Below, one piece after another: positions 33,277 to 40,344 of a DNA stretch of 43,260 nt. Below the pieces are notes generated by a model. The model was not told the origin of the DNA. It saw only the letters and a list, made by a program, of their open reading frames with translations, and made no database searches. Numbering within the stretch: position 1 is the first letter of the stretch; each line of letters opens with the position of its first letter. The DNA is from a virus. The stretch lies in the IMG/VR virus record IMGVR_UViG_3300045988_009985; one strand, 5' to 3'. A program made the translations under genes and the position numbers.

Positions 33277-33310
33277 AAAAGAGGACACCTACATGGTGTC
33301 CTCTTTTTTA
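33277..33310. terminator. Bidirectional rho-independent terminator between convergent units
   Basis: aaaagaggacacc-tacat-ggtgtcctcttttttat forms the hairpin. Confidence 0.75.
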
Positions 33311-33499
33311 TGTTTCCACGTCCTCCGGGAAAAATGTTTCACGGACGCCCTTGCACTCCGCCACGATGTATCGCCCCTTTGGATGCACATACACCACCGT
33401 TGCCTTGCGCACGGGGTACTGTTTTTCCGCCTTTCCGGAGCCGGGGAACGGGTCCGGCATCGTCAGAAAGCGGGCGCGAATCACATCACCCTTCTGCAT
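33308..33499 (-). CDS. Small hypothetical protein (63 aa); last gene of the early/middle operon
   Basis: The ORF overlaps the upstream gene and is followed by the terminator. Confidence 0.5.
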   Translation of the reverse strand: MQKGDVIRARFLTMPDPFPGSGKAEKQYPVRKATVVYVHPKGRYIVAECKGVRETFFPEDVET

Positions 33500-33833
33500 T
33501 GTCCCTCCACGGCGTATCTACGCACTCCGGTTTTTTGCACCGCATTTCGATCGCCCACAAAATGTTCCACGCCGCCGCCAGCAGGTGATCTTCATCCTCC
33601 TGTCCGTCCAGATACTTCGCAGCGTGCCGCATAGCGCTGTCCATCAGACTGCTGGTGGGGATCCCTTTATCGACATTATGCACCCCGTACTTGATCGCCC
33701 CAGCCTCGCAGTGCTTGCTTACCTCGATGATCGCCGCCCAGGGAAGAAGATCCATGCGGCCTTTCCCGCTGTGCATGTCCCGCTGCGCCCCGGTGCTGAA
33801 GGTGGTACGCTCCCCGCTGTCCCTAATGTTCAT
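33486..33833 (-). CDS. Protein with a dATP/dGTP pyrophosphohydrolase-like N-terminal domain
   Basis: GKGRMDLLPWAAIIEVSKHCEAGAIKYG...AMRHAAKYLDG...DEDHLLAAAWNILWAI matches that phage domain. Confidence 0.6.
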   Translation of the reverse strand: MNIRDSGERTTFSTGAQRDMHSGKGRMDLLPWAAIIEVSKHCEAGAIKYGVHNVDKGIPTSSLMDSAMRHAAKYLDGQEDEDHLLAAAWNILWAIEMRCKKPECVDTPWRDNAEG

Positions 33834-34092
33834 GCTTGTCGTCCTTTCTCTCTCCGTAGGAGCAATAACGCATATCCCCGTTGCTGTTGATGTAAGAGAA
33901 GTGGTTGACTTCGCACATAAACCTCTTCCCGCCCTCAAATTCGTCTGCGATCAGGTAGTGCTTGCAGTCCTTACAACGTACCACCGGGGCAACATCAGCG
34001 GCGGGGATCTCGTCTAAGAGTTGTTCTGCGGCGTAGGCGTATTCGATATGCAACAGCCTCTTCGCCTTTTCCCTGTTAATGTATTCAGCCAT
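33823..34092 (-). CDS. Hypothetical protein (89 aa)
   Basis: It starts at MAEYINRE. IPAADVAPVVRCKDCKH is a motif common in Firmicutes phage early genes. Confidence 0.5.
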   Translation of the reverse strand: MAEYINREKAKRLLHIEYAYAAEQLLDEIPAADVAPVVRCKDCKHYLIADEFEGGKRFMCEVNHFSYINSNGDMRYCSYGERKDDKHEH

Positions 34093-34384
34093 TGTCAAAA
34101 ATCCCATCCCACACTTCTTCATAGCCAGTCTTTTCGTAATCGATTTTCAGACGCTTTTCGCGGATCATGGCGTTCAGCGACCTGACACACGGGCGTCCAT
34201 ACGAATTATCCTCACAATAGTCACACATACTGCCGAATCCACAGCACCCAAAAGAGCTACCACCATCTGCACTGTGCCGGTCGCTCCATCTCTGGAAACC
34301 ATTTTCCCACTTCCGTTTAGCTTTACCTGTGTTGTTACTTGATTGTTTCTCCGATGTGTCATATAACTGCATTTGGTCAGCCAT
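34085..34384 (-). CDS. Hypothetical Cys-rich protein (99 aa)
   Basis: GGAGGAGG precedes the ATG at 34384. It contains FGCCGFGSMCDYC. Confidence 0.5.
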   Translation of the reverse strand: MADQMQLYDTSEKQSSNNTGKAKRKWENGFQRWSDRHSADGGSSFGCCGFGSMCDYCEDNSYGRPCVRSLNAMIREKRLKIDYEKTGYEEVWDGIFDNG

Positions 34385-34386
34385 TG

Positions 34387-34947
34387 TCAGTCCTCCTCCA
34401 CATAGCACCAGCTCTGGGGCGGGCGCTTGAGGCGCAGGCTCTCGTTGCCGCAGGCGCTGTTATTCTCCCGGTGCATAGCGCAGCTTTCGCAGTAAAGGTC
34501 GTTGGGGCATACGCGCCGGAACTCGATCAGTTCCTTCGGCGTGTCGTAGATTTTCAGGTCGGAGATATGCAGGCCGTAGCCGGACTTCGACTTCAAATAG
34601 GCGTGCATATCGCCGAGGCTAAGGCACGACTGCCGCGCCACATCGTTTGTTGTCGGCTGACCCTCGCCTTTGACATAGTAGCTGCCGCCGGGTGAGCGCG
34701 TTTCCAGCTCATAGATGCGGTCGCAGGTAAACTCGCCAACGACTTTGCCACCGCCATAAAACTGCGGCTTCGGATAATCCGTTGCAATAAAGTCCTCGTG
34801 CGGGTACTTCGGCATCGTGCAGTAGATGTAGCACTTAAACGGCGTTTTCATCTTTAGGCGGGTCTTTCGCACCTCAATGGTCTTTTCGCCGTTGACGATC
34901 TTCTCGCACCACTTTGGGCGGATGCTTATCATTACAGATTTGCTCAT
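34387..34947 (-). CDS. ASCH (PUA-like) domain protein with a C-terminal Cys cluster
   Basis: MISIRPKWCEKIVNGEKTIEVRK is a typical ASCH N-terminus. The C-terminus reads CPNDLYCESC...C. Confidence 0.7.
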   Translation of the reverse strand: MSKSVMISIRPKWCEKIVNGEKTIEVRKTRLKMKTPFKCYIYCTMPKYPHEDFIATDYPKPQFYGGGKVVGEFTCDRIYELETRSPGGSYYVKGEGQPTTNDVARQSCLSLGDMHAYLKSKSGYGLHISDLKIYDTPKELIEFRRVCPNDLYCESCAMHRENNSACGNESLRLKRPPQSWCYVEED

Positions 34948-34960
34948 TCTTTGCCCTCCA

Positions 34961-35119
34961 TCAGCTCATATTTCGCACTGTCAGCGCAGTATACAGGATA
35001 CACGCGCCCAGCCATTGCAAACTGGTAGCCCAGTCCCCCTTGCTGGCGATATTTACCACCAAACTGCCCAGCGCACCGGCTACCATCAGCAGCGGGAAAA
35101 CAATTTTCAAAATTCCCAT
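34961..35119 (-). CDS. Small two-helix membrane protein (52 aa)
   Basis: It reads MGILKIVFPLLMVAGALGSLVV...LQWLGACILYTALTV. Confidence 0.45.
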   Translation of the reverse strand: MGILKIVFPLLMVAGALGSLVVNIASKGDWATSLQWLGACILYTALTVRNMS

Positions 35120-35430
35120 CACTCCACCTCCTGCATCCAGAACTCGCGGCGGCAGTCGGAACACATCTTTGTACAATTCGCGTATCTGCTCCGAAAATCA
35201 ACGGAAATGCGCCTTGGGCATAGCATCAAGTCCCCACGTTCGTCAATTTCCGCCTCCGGGTACTGCTCCAGAAACACGCTCTGCCGAGTTTTGCGCGGGT
35301 GCAGCGCAGACCACGCTTCGACTTCTGCGACGACATCTTCTGCTTTCGTGTTATAATCGTTAATGCCTTTCTTGATACATCCAAGTGTATACATTCTTCT
35401 GCGCTCCTCGACAAACTTCACAGCGTCCAT
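35119..35430 (-). CDS. Hypothetical protein (103 aa)
   Basis: The ORF lies within the operon. The C-terminus contains CTKMCSDC. Confidence 0.5.
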   Translation of the reverse strand: MDAVKFVEERRRMYTLGCIKKGINDYNTKAEDVVAEVEAWSALHPRKTRQSVFLEQYPEAEIDERGDLMLCPRRISVDFRSRYANCTKMCSDCRREFWMQEVE

Positions 35431-35703
35431 TTACTTTTCCTCCTTCTCCGCCACGGCCTTGGCAAACTGCGCCAGTCCATCACTCATGTCCGCGATCTGC
35501 GCATCCCGCCGCAGTACAGTGTCCCGCAGTCCGGCGTTTGCTTTCATCAGTGTCTCGATGTGCCGCTGCTGGTTCTCGATCAAATCAGCGGCGGCATCCA
35601 ACACTCGTTCTTGGCAATGCTGCTTATCATTGTGGATTGTGCAGCCACGACACTCTCCCTCGGCACAGCACCGCAGCCCGGTCACGATCTCATCTCTGGT
35701 CAT
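35431..35703 (-). CDS. Hypothetical protein with a Cys cluster plus a coiled coil (90 aa)
   Basis: It contains LRCCAEGECRGCTIHNDKQHC, followed by a helical region. Confidence 0.5.
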   Translation of the reverse strand: MTRDEIVTGLRCCAEGECRGCTIHNDKQHCQERVLDAAADLIENQQRHIETLMKANAGLRDTVLRRDAQIADMSDGLAQFAKAVAEKEEK

Positions 35704-35704
35704 G

Positions 35705-37741
35705 TCATTCCTCCTCCGGAAAATGTTCCTTTGTCACGGCGATGGGAAACGGCTCGATCTCGCTTGCCCACCGCGCCGTACCTTTCCCGTGTATGCGCTC
35801 CCAGATCAGCGGAAAGCCCGCGATGCCATCAAATAAGCTTCCCAGCGTCGCGTCCTCCGGCAGATACCGCGCCATGCGCCGCAGCATCCAGTCCCAGAAG
35901 GGCAGGGCGATGGAGTTGCCCAGCGCCTTGTACTTCGGGCTGTCCGCGTCCTTGTGTTTCTTTCCCTTCTCATCCGTCCAGTCGCCAATGTCCACCCATC
36001 CGTCCGGGTATCCCTGCAAGCGTGTACATTCCAACGGCGTCAATCGGCGCACCACCATGTTCTGCACCGGGTATGTCTCCGCGTCCTCCCGGTACGCGCA
36101 GTTCGCCTTTTCCCGTATCGTGTGGCTCACGTCCGCACAGACGACTGCGTGGCTCACTTTGCTTTCTCCTGCTCGTAATGCGTTCTTCGTTTCGCTTTCT
36201 GCCCAGTTTTCTTCCATCGCGCTTTTGGGCTGGTATAAAACCGCCCGCGCCGCGTCCGGGGTTACGCCGCACACAAGGTCTGTGCTGTCCTTAAAGTCAC
36301 GTTGCTTGCAACTGCTTGCAACCTCGGCGGCGCGGTAATCTCCAAACCCGTTCATCTGGTATGTAAGCGGCACTTGGTTTCCGCCCGTGCCCATCCTCGC
36401 CTGCAACGCCGGGACCTGCTCCCCGCACTCGCGGATGACGTCACAGGCGTGTGTCATGTCCAGCGCCACCACCGCGGGCTTATTCCCGCCGCACTCGGCG
36501 TTCAGTGTAGGAGACAGTTCCTCTTGATAGCCGATGCTCCGCGCCTGTTCACTATTGCCCAGCTTAAAACCGGCACACAATACACTGTCCCGCGCCATGC
36601 CGCCGTTTTCGTTGGCATTCAAGCTGTGCCATGCGCCATCCTGATCGTACACCCTTGCGCTCTGTGCGTCCCAAGGATTCAAACACGCAACCTCCGCGCA
36701 CACCGCAGGGCGGTCTATTGTGTTCAGGGTGTAGCTCTCGTCCGTTTTCCAGCCTTTCCCGTTGCATCCGGCGGTATCGGCGAGGTCAATGCCGTTTCCT
36801 TGCAGACAGAAAATCGTCTGATCGTTTCCTCCGCCATCGTGGTTATGGCTCTCTCCGCCGCCCTGCCATCTGGTGGCTTTTCCGTTGATGGGGATAGCCG
36901 TTGCAAATACGCCATGCGAATGTGCAGCAGAAATGGTGTTCGCCGGGTCGCCCGGTTCTCCTACGCCAAATCCTGTTCCGCGCCCTAACGCTTTGCAGCG
37001 CGTAGCCACCATCAGGTTAATAGGCGTGGGCGTAAAAATCGTCTGGTCATTGCCCGTACCAAGCGTTCCGCTTTTCTCCGTCTGCACTAAAGCGCCTTTT
37101 CCTCCTCCGTCACAGCCCCCCCTGATGCGGACTGCATAAGAAGCACCTCTTTCAGCCGCTCCGGCAGGTCCTTCCCCCGCCGCTCCGCTCTCCGCAGGAT
37201 GCCCAGACACGCTTTCGCGGTCAAATTGTATTTGGGCAGCGGATTCACCTCCAAAATCTGCGACAACCGAGATTCTTCGGCGACGCTGTGGGGTCCCCAG
37301 ACGGATAACATTTCCTGTACGGCTGTCTCGGATGGTTTTTCCCCAGTCCTTAGCGTCGTGAGTTCGCCAAGCGATAGACCACCCATCACCGTCAATGGCT
37401 CCTGCTTTTGTCCATTTCTGCTTGTCCGGCAGTCCAGATAGAGAAAATCCTGGTTCTGCGATACGCGCAATTTCTTCCAGCACGGCTGCGAAGTCTTTTC
37501 CTCTGTTGCTGCTGAATGCTCCGACAACGTTCTCCCAAACGAGAAACCGAGGTCGGACCATGTCACCTGTCCGTCCATTCCGTTTGTCCTCCGCTCTCAT
37601 TTCTTTTACGATGCGCACCTGCTCCATAAACAAGCCGCTTCGCGCTCCCGCCAGTCCGGCGCGTTTTCCGGCGATGGATAAATCCTGTCTAACAAGGTGA
37701 ACCACCTGTAATACACCAAATGGGTTCAATCTCTGCCCCAT
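35705..37741 (-). CDS. DNA (cytosine-5) methyltransferase homologue with permuted motif order and no in-frame catalytic Cys. It may be a pseudogene or a recoded gene.
   Basis: In order, the ORF carries QDLSIAGKRAGLAGARSGLF (second half of motif IV), ENV, PQRRRR, a long variable region (FCLQGNGIDLADTAGCNGKGW), RRLTPLECTRLQGYPDGW, GNS, and then, at the C-terminus, LGSLFDGIAGF...WASEIEPFPI (motifs I-II). Confidence 0.8.
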   Translation of the reverse strand: MGQRLNPFGVLQVVHLVRQDLSIAGKRAGLAGARSGLFMEQVRIVKEMRAEDKRNGRTGDMVRPRFLVWENVVGAFSSNRGKDFAAVLEEIARIAEPGFSLSGLPDKQKWTKAGAIDGDGWSIAWRTHDAKDWGKTIRDSRTGNVIRLGTPQRRRRISVVADFGGESAAQIQFDRESVSGHPAESGAAGEGPAGAAERGASYAVRIRGGCDGGGKGALVQTEKSGTLGTGNDQTIFTPTPINLMVATRCKALGRGTGFGVGEPGDPANTISAAHSHGVFATAIPINGKATRWQGGGESHNHDGGGNDQTIFCLQGNGIDLADTAGCNGKGWKTDESYTLNTIDRPAVCAEVACLNPWDAQSARVYDQDGAWHSLNANENGGMARDSVLCAGFKLGNSEQARSIGYQEELSPTLNAECGGNKPAVVALDMTHACDVIRECGEQVPALQARMGTGGNQVPLTYQMNGFGDYRAAEVASSCKQRDFKDSTDLVCGVTPDAARAVLYQPKSAMEENWAESETKNALRAGESKVSHAVVCADVSHTIREKANCAYREDAETYPVQNMVVRRLTPLECTRLQGYPDGWVDIGDWTDEKGKKHKDADSPKYKALGNSIALPFWDWMLRRMARYLPEDATLGSLFDGIAGFPLIWERIHGKGTARWASEIEPFPIAVTKEHFPEEE
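37087..37578 (-). CDS. Embedded alternative-frame ORF (163 aa) inside the MTase gene
   Basis: GGAGG lies 9 nt upstream of the ATG. The C-terminal part reads LSQILEVNPLPKYNLTAKACLGILRRAERRGKDLP. GC3 is higher than in the MTase frame over the overlap. The ORF ends at a G7 tract. Confidence 0.4.
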   Translation of the reverse strand: MDGQVTWSDLGFSFGRTLSEHSAATEEKTSQPCWKKLRVSQNQDFLYLDCRTSRNGQKQEPLTVMGGLSLGELTTLRTGEKPSETAVQEMLSVWGPHSVAEESRLSQILEVNPLPKYNLTAKACLGILRRAERRGKDLPERLKEVLLMQSASGGAVTEEEKAL

Positions 37742-37772
37742 TTATTTTCGTAATATCGCCTAAATGTTTCAC
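37689..37772 (-). CDS. 27-codon ORF encoding the missing MTase segment up to the catalytic Pro-Cys
   Basis: AGGAGGTG precedes the GTG at 37772. The ORF reads VKHLGDITKINGAEIEPIWCITGGSPC and then TAG. The downstream ORF frame resumes 4 nt later with QDLS. Confidence 0.6.
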   Translation of the reverse strand: MKHLGDITKINGAEIEPIWCITGGSPC

Positions 37773-37784
37773 CTAAATCACCTC

Positions 37785-38060
37785 CTAATCTCCAAACACA
37801 ACGCCGCACTCGTCCTTCAGCACGTCCTTGATGTGCTTCCGCTTGATGCGGCCTTCGTTTATCTCCTCCGCCAGTTTCTCCAGGCACTCGTACAGATACG
37901 CGATGCTCTGCGTGTCCCGGCTGTCCGCTGTCTCCTCCTGGACGTGCCAGCCGCACTTGTCGATAAGTGCCATCGCCACCATGTCCATGCACTCCTGCGT
38001 GCCTCTGCGCTTGCCGTCCATAAAAATCCGGTCGTCCCGGCTCAAATGCTGCTTGCCCAT
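37785..38060 (-). CDS. Hypothetical protein (91 aa)
   Basis: The ORF lies between the PAPS-reductase-like gene and the MTase. No motif was recognised. Confidence 0.5.
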   Translation of the reverse strand: MGKQHLSRDDRIFMDGKRRGTQECMDMVAMALIDKCGWHVQEETADSRDTQSIAYLYECLEKLAEEINEGRIKRKHIKDVLKDECGVVFGD

Positions 38061-38061
38061 G

Positions 38062-39138
38062 TCAATACCTCACTCCGATGTAGTCCAGCACCCGCGCATA
38101 GCCGAGGCCGTCCTTCGTGGGCTTCCACAGCCCGTCCGTGTCAAATGCGCCGCCGCCGATGCAGATCGCATAGTGCGTCGGGTGCGTCAGTTTCATGCGC
38201 TGAAATCGGTTGATGCCTTTTTCAAGATGCGCCCCGAAACCGCAGAACATACAGCCCGTCCTCTGGCAACCCGTGCAGTGCAACTTGCAGTCGATCAGCG
38301 TAGCGCCGTAGTCGTTCTCGCCGTCGCTGGCCACGATGTCACCGTACACGCTGGCGTAGGGCAGTTGGTGGTCTACTATAAACCGCAGCACATCCTGTTC
38401 CGTCCAAAAGCTCATGGGCTTGCCCATCGGTCGCTTGCCCTCGAAGGCGTTGCACCCAGTATTCAGCCAATACGTCATGCGAAGTCTGCTTTCCTCCGCC
38501 ATCGTCGCTGTTGTAGCCTGCTGCCCGGTTTTGTGTGCGTAGGTTTTTAGCGGTGACTTTTTCATAATGGCGCAGCACGTCGAGGAGATTACAAACGGTG
38601 CGTACAACAGATATTCCCATTTCTCGCAGTTGTAGACAGACGGCTGACCGTCTTTTCGCACGGCTTCCCCTCGCAGCCGCTTCATTCTCAAGCCGTTTGG
38701 GTTCCTGCGGGCTTCGCTGACATATCCCGCAACCTCTTTGCTCACAATGCTGTACCCGTACTTCGTCACAACCTGCCGGATGTTCATCTTCGGACGCAGA
38801 CGGTGAAGATTTACGGTCACGCGGGGAAATTCCCTCCGCAGCCAGTCGGCGTACTCATTCACGAACTTCTGAATTTCAGGGTATTCCAGCCCTGTGTTCA
38901 CGAACACCAGATTCAGCTCCCAGGGCGGTGTCCTGAAGCTCGACAGGTACCGCGCCGCCAGATACGCCAGTACCGTGCTGTCCTTGCCGCCGGAGAAACT
39001 GACATAGCACTGTCCGCCCCATGCGGTGTACCACTCGTCCAGCTTTTCGTAGGTGGTCAGTTCCTTTGCCGTCAAATCCAGCGCCATCAGTTTCCTTGCC
39101 GCCTCTTTTGTCAGCGGCGTATTTGTCGGCATTATCAC
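38062..39138 (-). CDS. PAPS-reductase/DndC-like PP-loop ATPase with a C-terminal Cys cluster
   Basis: SFSGGKDS is the PP-loop. The C-terminus carries CTGCQRTGCMFCGFG. Confidence 0.8.
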   Translation of the reverse strand: MIMPTNTPLTKEAARKLMALDLTAKELTTYEKLDEWYTAWGGQCYVSFSGGKDSTVLAYLAARYLSSFRTPPWELNLVFVNTGLEYPEIQKFVNEYADWLRREFPRVTVNLHRLRPKMNIRQVVTKYGYSIVSKEVAGYVSEARRNPNGLRMKRLRGEAVRKDGQPSVYNCEKWEYLLYAPFVISSTCCAIMKKSPLKTYAHKTGQQATTATMAEESRLRMTYWLNTGCNAFEGKRPMGKPMSFWTEQDVLRFIVDHQLPYASVYGDIVASDGENDYGATLIDCKLHCTGCQRTGCMFCGFGAHLEKGINRFQRMKLTHPTHYAICIGGGAFDTDGLWKPTKDGLGYARVLDYIGVRY

Positions 39139-39323
39139 TCGCCCTCCCCCAGACGCACCACCTCGTAGCAGCCGTAGCTGCCACCGTGCCGAAACGCCTT
39201 ACAAATCGCCGCACGGACATTCTGATATTTCCGCCCGGACAGACGCGCCAGCTCCGCCGTGGTCGTACCCCACCAGCGGGGCAGGCGGTACTTATCACGG
39301 GTAACGATCATGTATACTGTCAT
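39135..39323 (-). CDS. Small hypothetical protein (62 aa)
   Basis: The ORF MTVYMIVTRDKYRLPRWWG... overlaps the downstream start. Confidence 0.45.
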   Translation of the reverse strand: MTVYMIVTRDKYRLPRWWGTTTAELARLSGRKYQNVRAAICKAFRHGGSYGCYEVVRLGEGE

Positions 39324-39325
39324 GC

Positions 39326-39751
39326 TCACACCTCCCGGATGGCGAATCCGTACCGATTGCGGAACAGCTTTGCTTTCACGGCATACTCCCGCGTCCGCAT
39401 CCCCTTCACGTCCTCCACCACCGGCAGCCAATCCCGCTGGCCGTAGCTGTCAGGAGCCGTCCGGCGCTCGTACACGAAGTCCGCAACGTAGTCGATACTT
39501 TTCACGCGGTCGCCCTCAAACGTCGTGTACGCCTCTTGCAAGCAGTACCGCACCTGCAATTTCAGCCCGCGTATCTCCCCGGCCTTTTGCAGCATCATCA
39601 GCGCATCGTAGCGCTCCGCCTCCTTCTTGCTGTCAAAGGTCAGCTTGCCGCGCCGCGTCTTCTGCGCCTTGTACTTGCTTGTCTTGCGCATCTTATCCAT
39701 GACCTGCTTCTGTGCCGCAGGCCCCAGCCGCATCAGATCTTCACTGTTCAT
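39326..39751 (-). CDS. DUF1064-type protein (endonuclease-fold, putative Holliday-junction resolvase)
   Basis: FDSKKEAERYDALMMLQKAGEIRGL...DYVADFVYE...VEDVKGMRTREYAVKAKL matches the DUF1064 pattern. Confidence 0.7.
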   Translation of the reverse strand: MNSEDLMRLGPAAQKQVMDKMRKTSKYKAQKTRRGKLTFDSKKEAERYDALMMLQKAGEIRGLKLQVRYCLQEAYTTFEGDRVKSIDYVADFVYERRTAPDSYGQRDWLPVVEDVKGMRTREYAVKAKLFRNRYGFAIREV

Positions 39752-39953
39752 CCAACAACCCTCTTTTCTCCAGTCCGCGCTTGCTCATGGTGTAGCGCTT
39801 GATCGTCGTCATTTTCTGCTCTTTCCCGCAGCGCTGGCACACACCCTGCGCCCATTCGCGGAACGCTGGCTCGATGATGTATTCCGCCGCCATCTCCTGC
39901 AAACAGGCCACGCACAGCCGCGCTCTGGCCACGCGCCAGATGCCTTTATCCAT
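39741..39953 (-). CDS. Small zinc-binding protein (70 aa)
   Basis: It contains CVAC...CQRCG. Confidence 0.45.
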   Translation of the reverse strand: MDKGIWRVARARLCVACLQEMAAEYIIEPAFREWAQGVCQRCGKEQKMTTIKRYTMSKRGLEKRGLLDEQ

Positions 39954-40344
39954 CCAGCGCCTCCTTGGCCTCCTGCCACGTCATCCCGTGTTCCCGTGCA
40001 TAGCGGGAGATACGGCCCAGCTTGCGCTCCTTGTGGACGTAATCCCGCATCCATGCGGTCTTTTTGTCACACACCTGCTGCACAGCGCCGAGGAGCGCCG
40101 CCGTGCGGCTTGCAAGCTCCGCCACGCGCTGTTTTATCTGCCCGACAACAGGTGGGAACCCTTTGCTGTCAGACGCGATAAACGCCCTCACAGCCGCAGC
40201 AACGGTGTTGTAACTGTCCTCGGCGAATATATCCGCCCACAGCGCCACCACGCCCTCCGCGTCCTGCCGCGTCATACCTCGGTAAAAGTTCGGGTATGCA
40301 GCCTGCAAAACGGCCATGATCTTCAACGTCTCGCCCTGTGTCAT
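39946..40344 (-). CDS. G39P-like helicase loader/inhibitor
   Basis: LKIMAVLQAAYPNFYRGMT...VVALWADIFAEDSYNTVAAAVRAFIASDSKGFPPVVGQI matches the G39P-like pattern. Confidence 0.6.
   Translation of the reverse strand: MTQGETLKIMAVLQAAYPNFYRGMTRQDAEGVVALWADIFAEDSYNTVAAAVRAFIASDSKGFPPVVGQIKQRVAELASRTAALLGAVQQVCDKKTAWMRDYVHKERKLGRISRYAREHGMTWQEAKEALDG

Noticed and set aside
37689-37691. The in-frame TAG after the MTase Cys codon considered as a TAG-to-Gln reassignment
   Set aside because: Reading through TAG in frame gives CQTGFIHRRKTRR, which is not MTase sequence. The QDLS continuation is offset by 4 nt. TAG also serves as a normal stop nearby, for example at 37785-37787.
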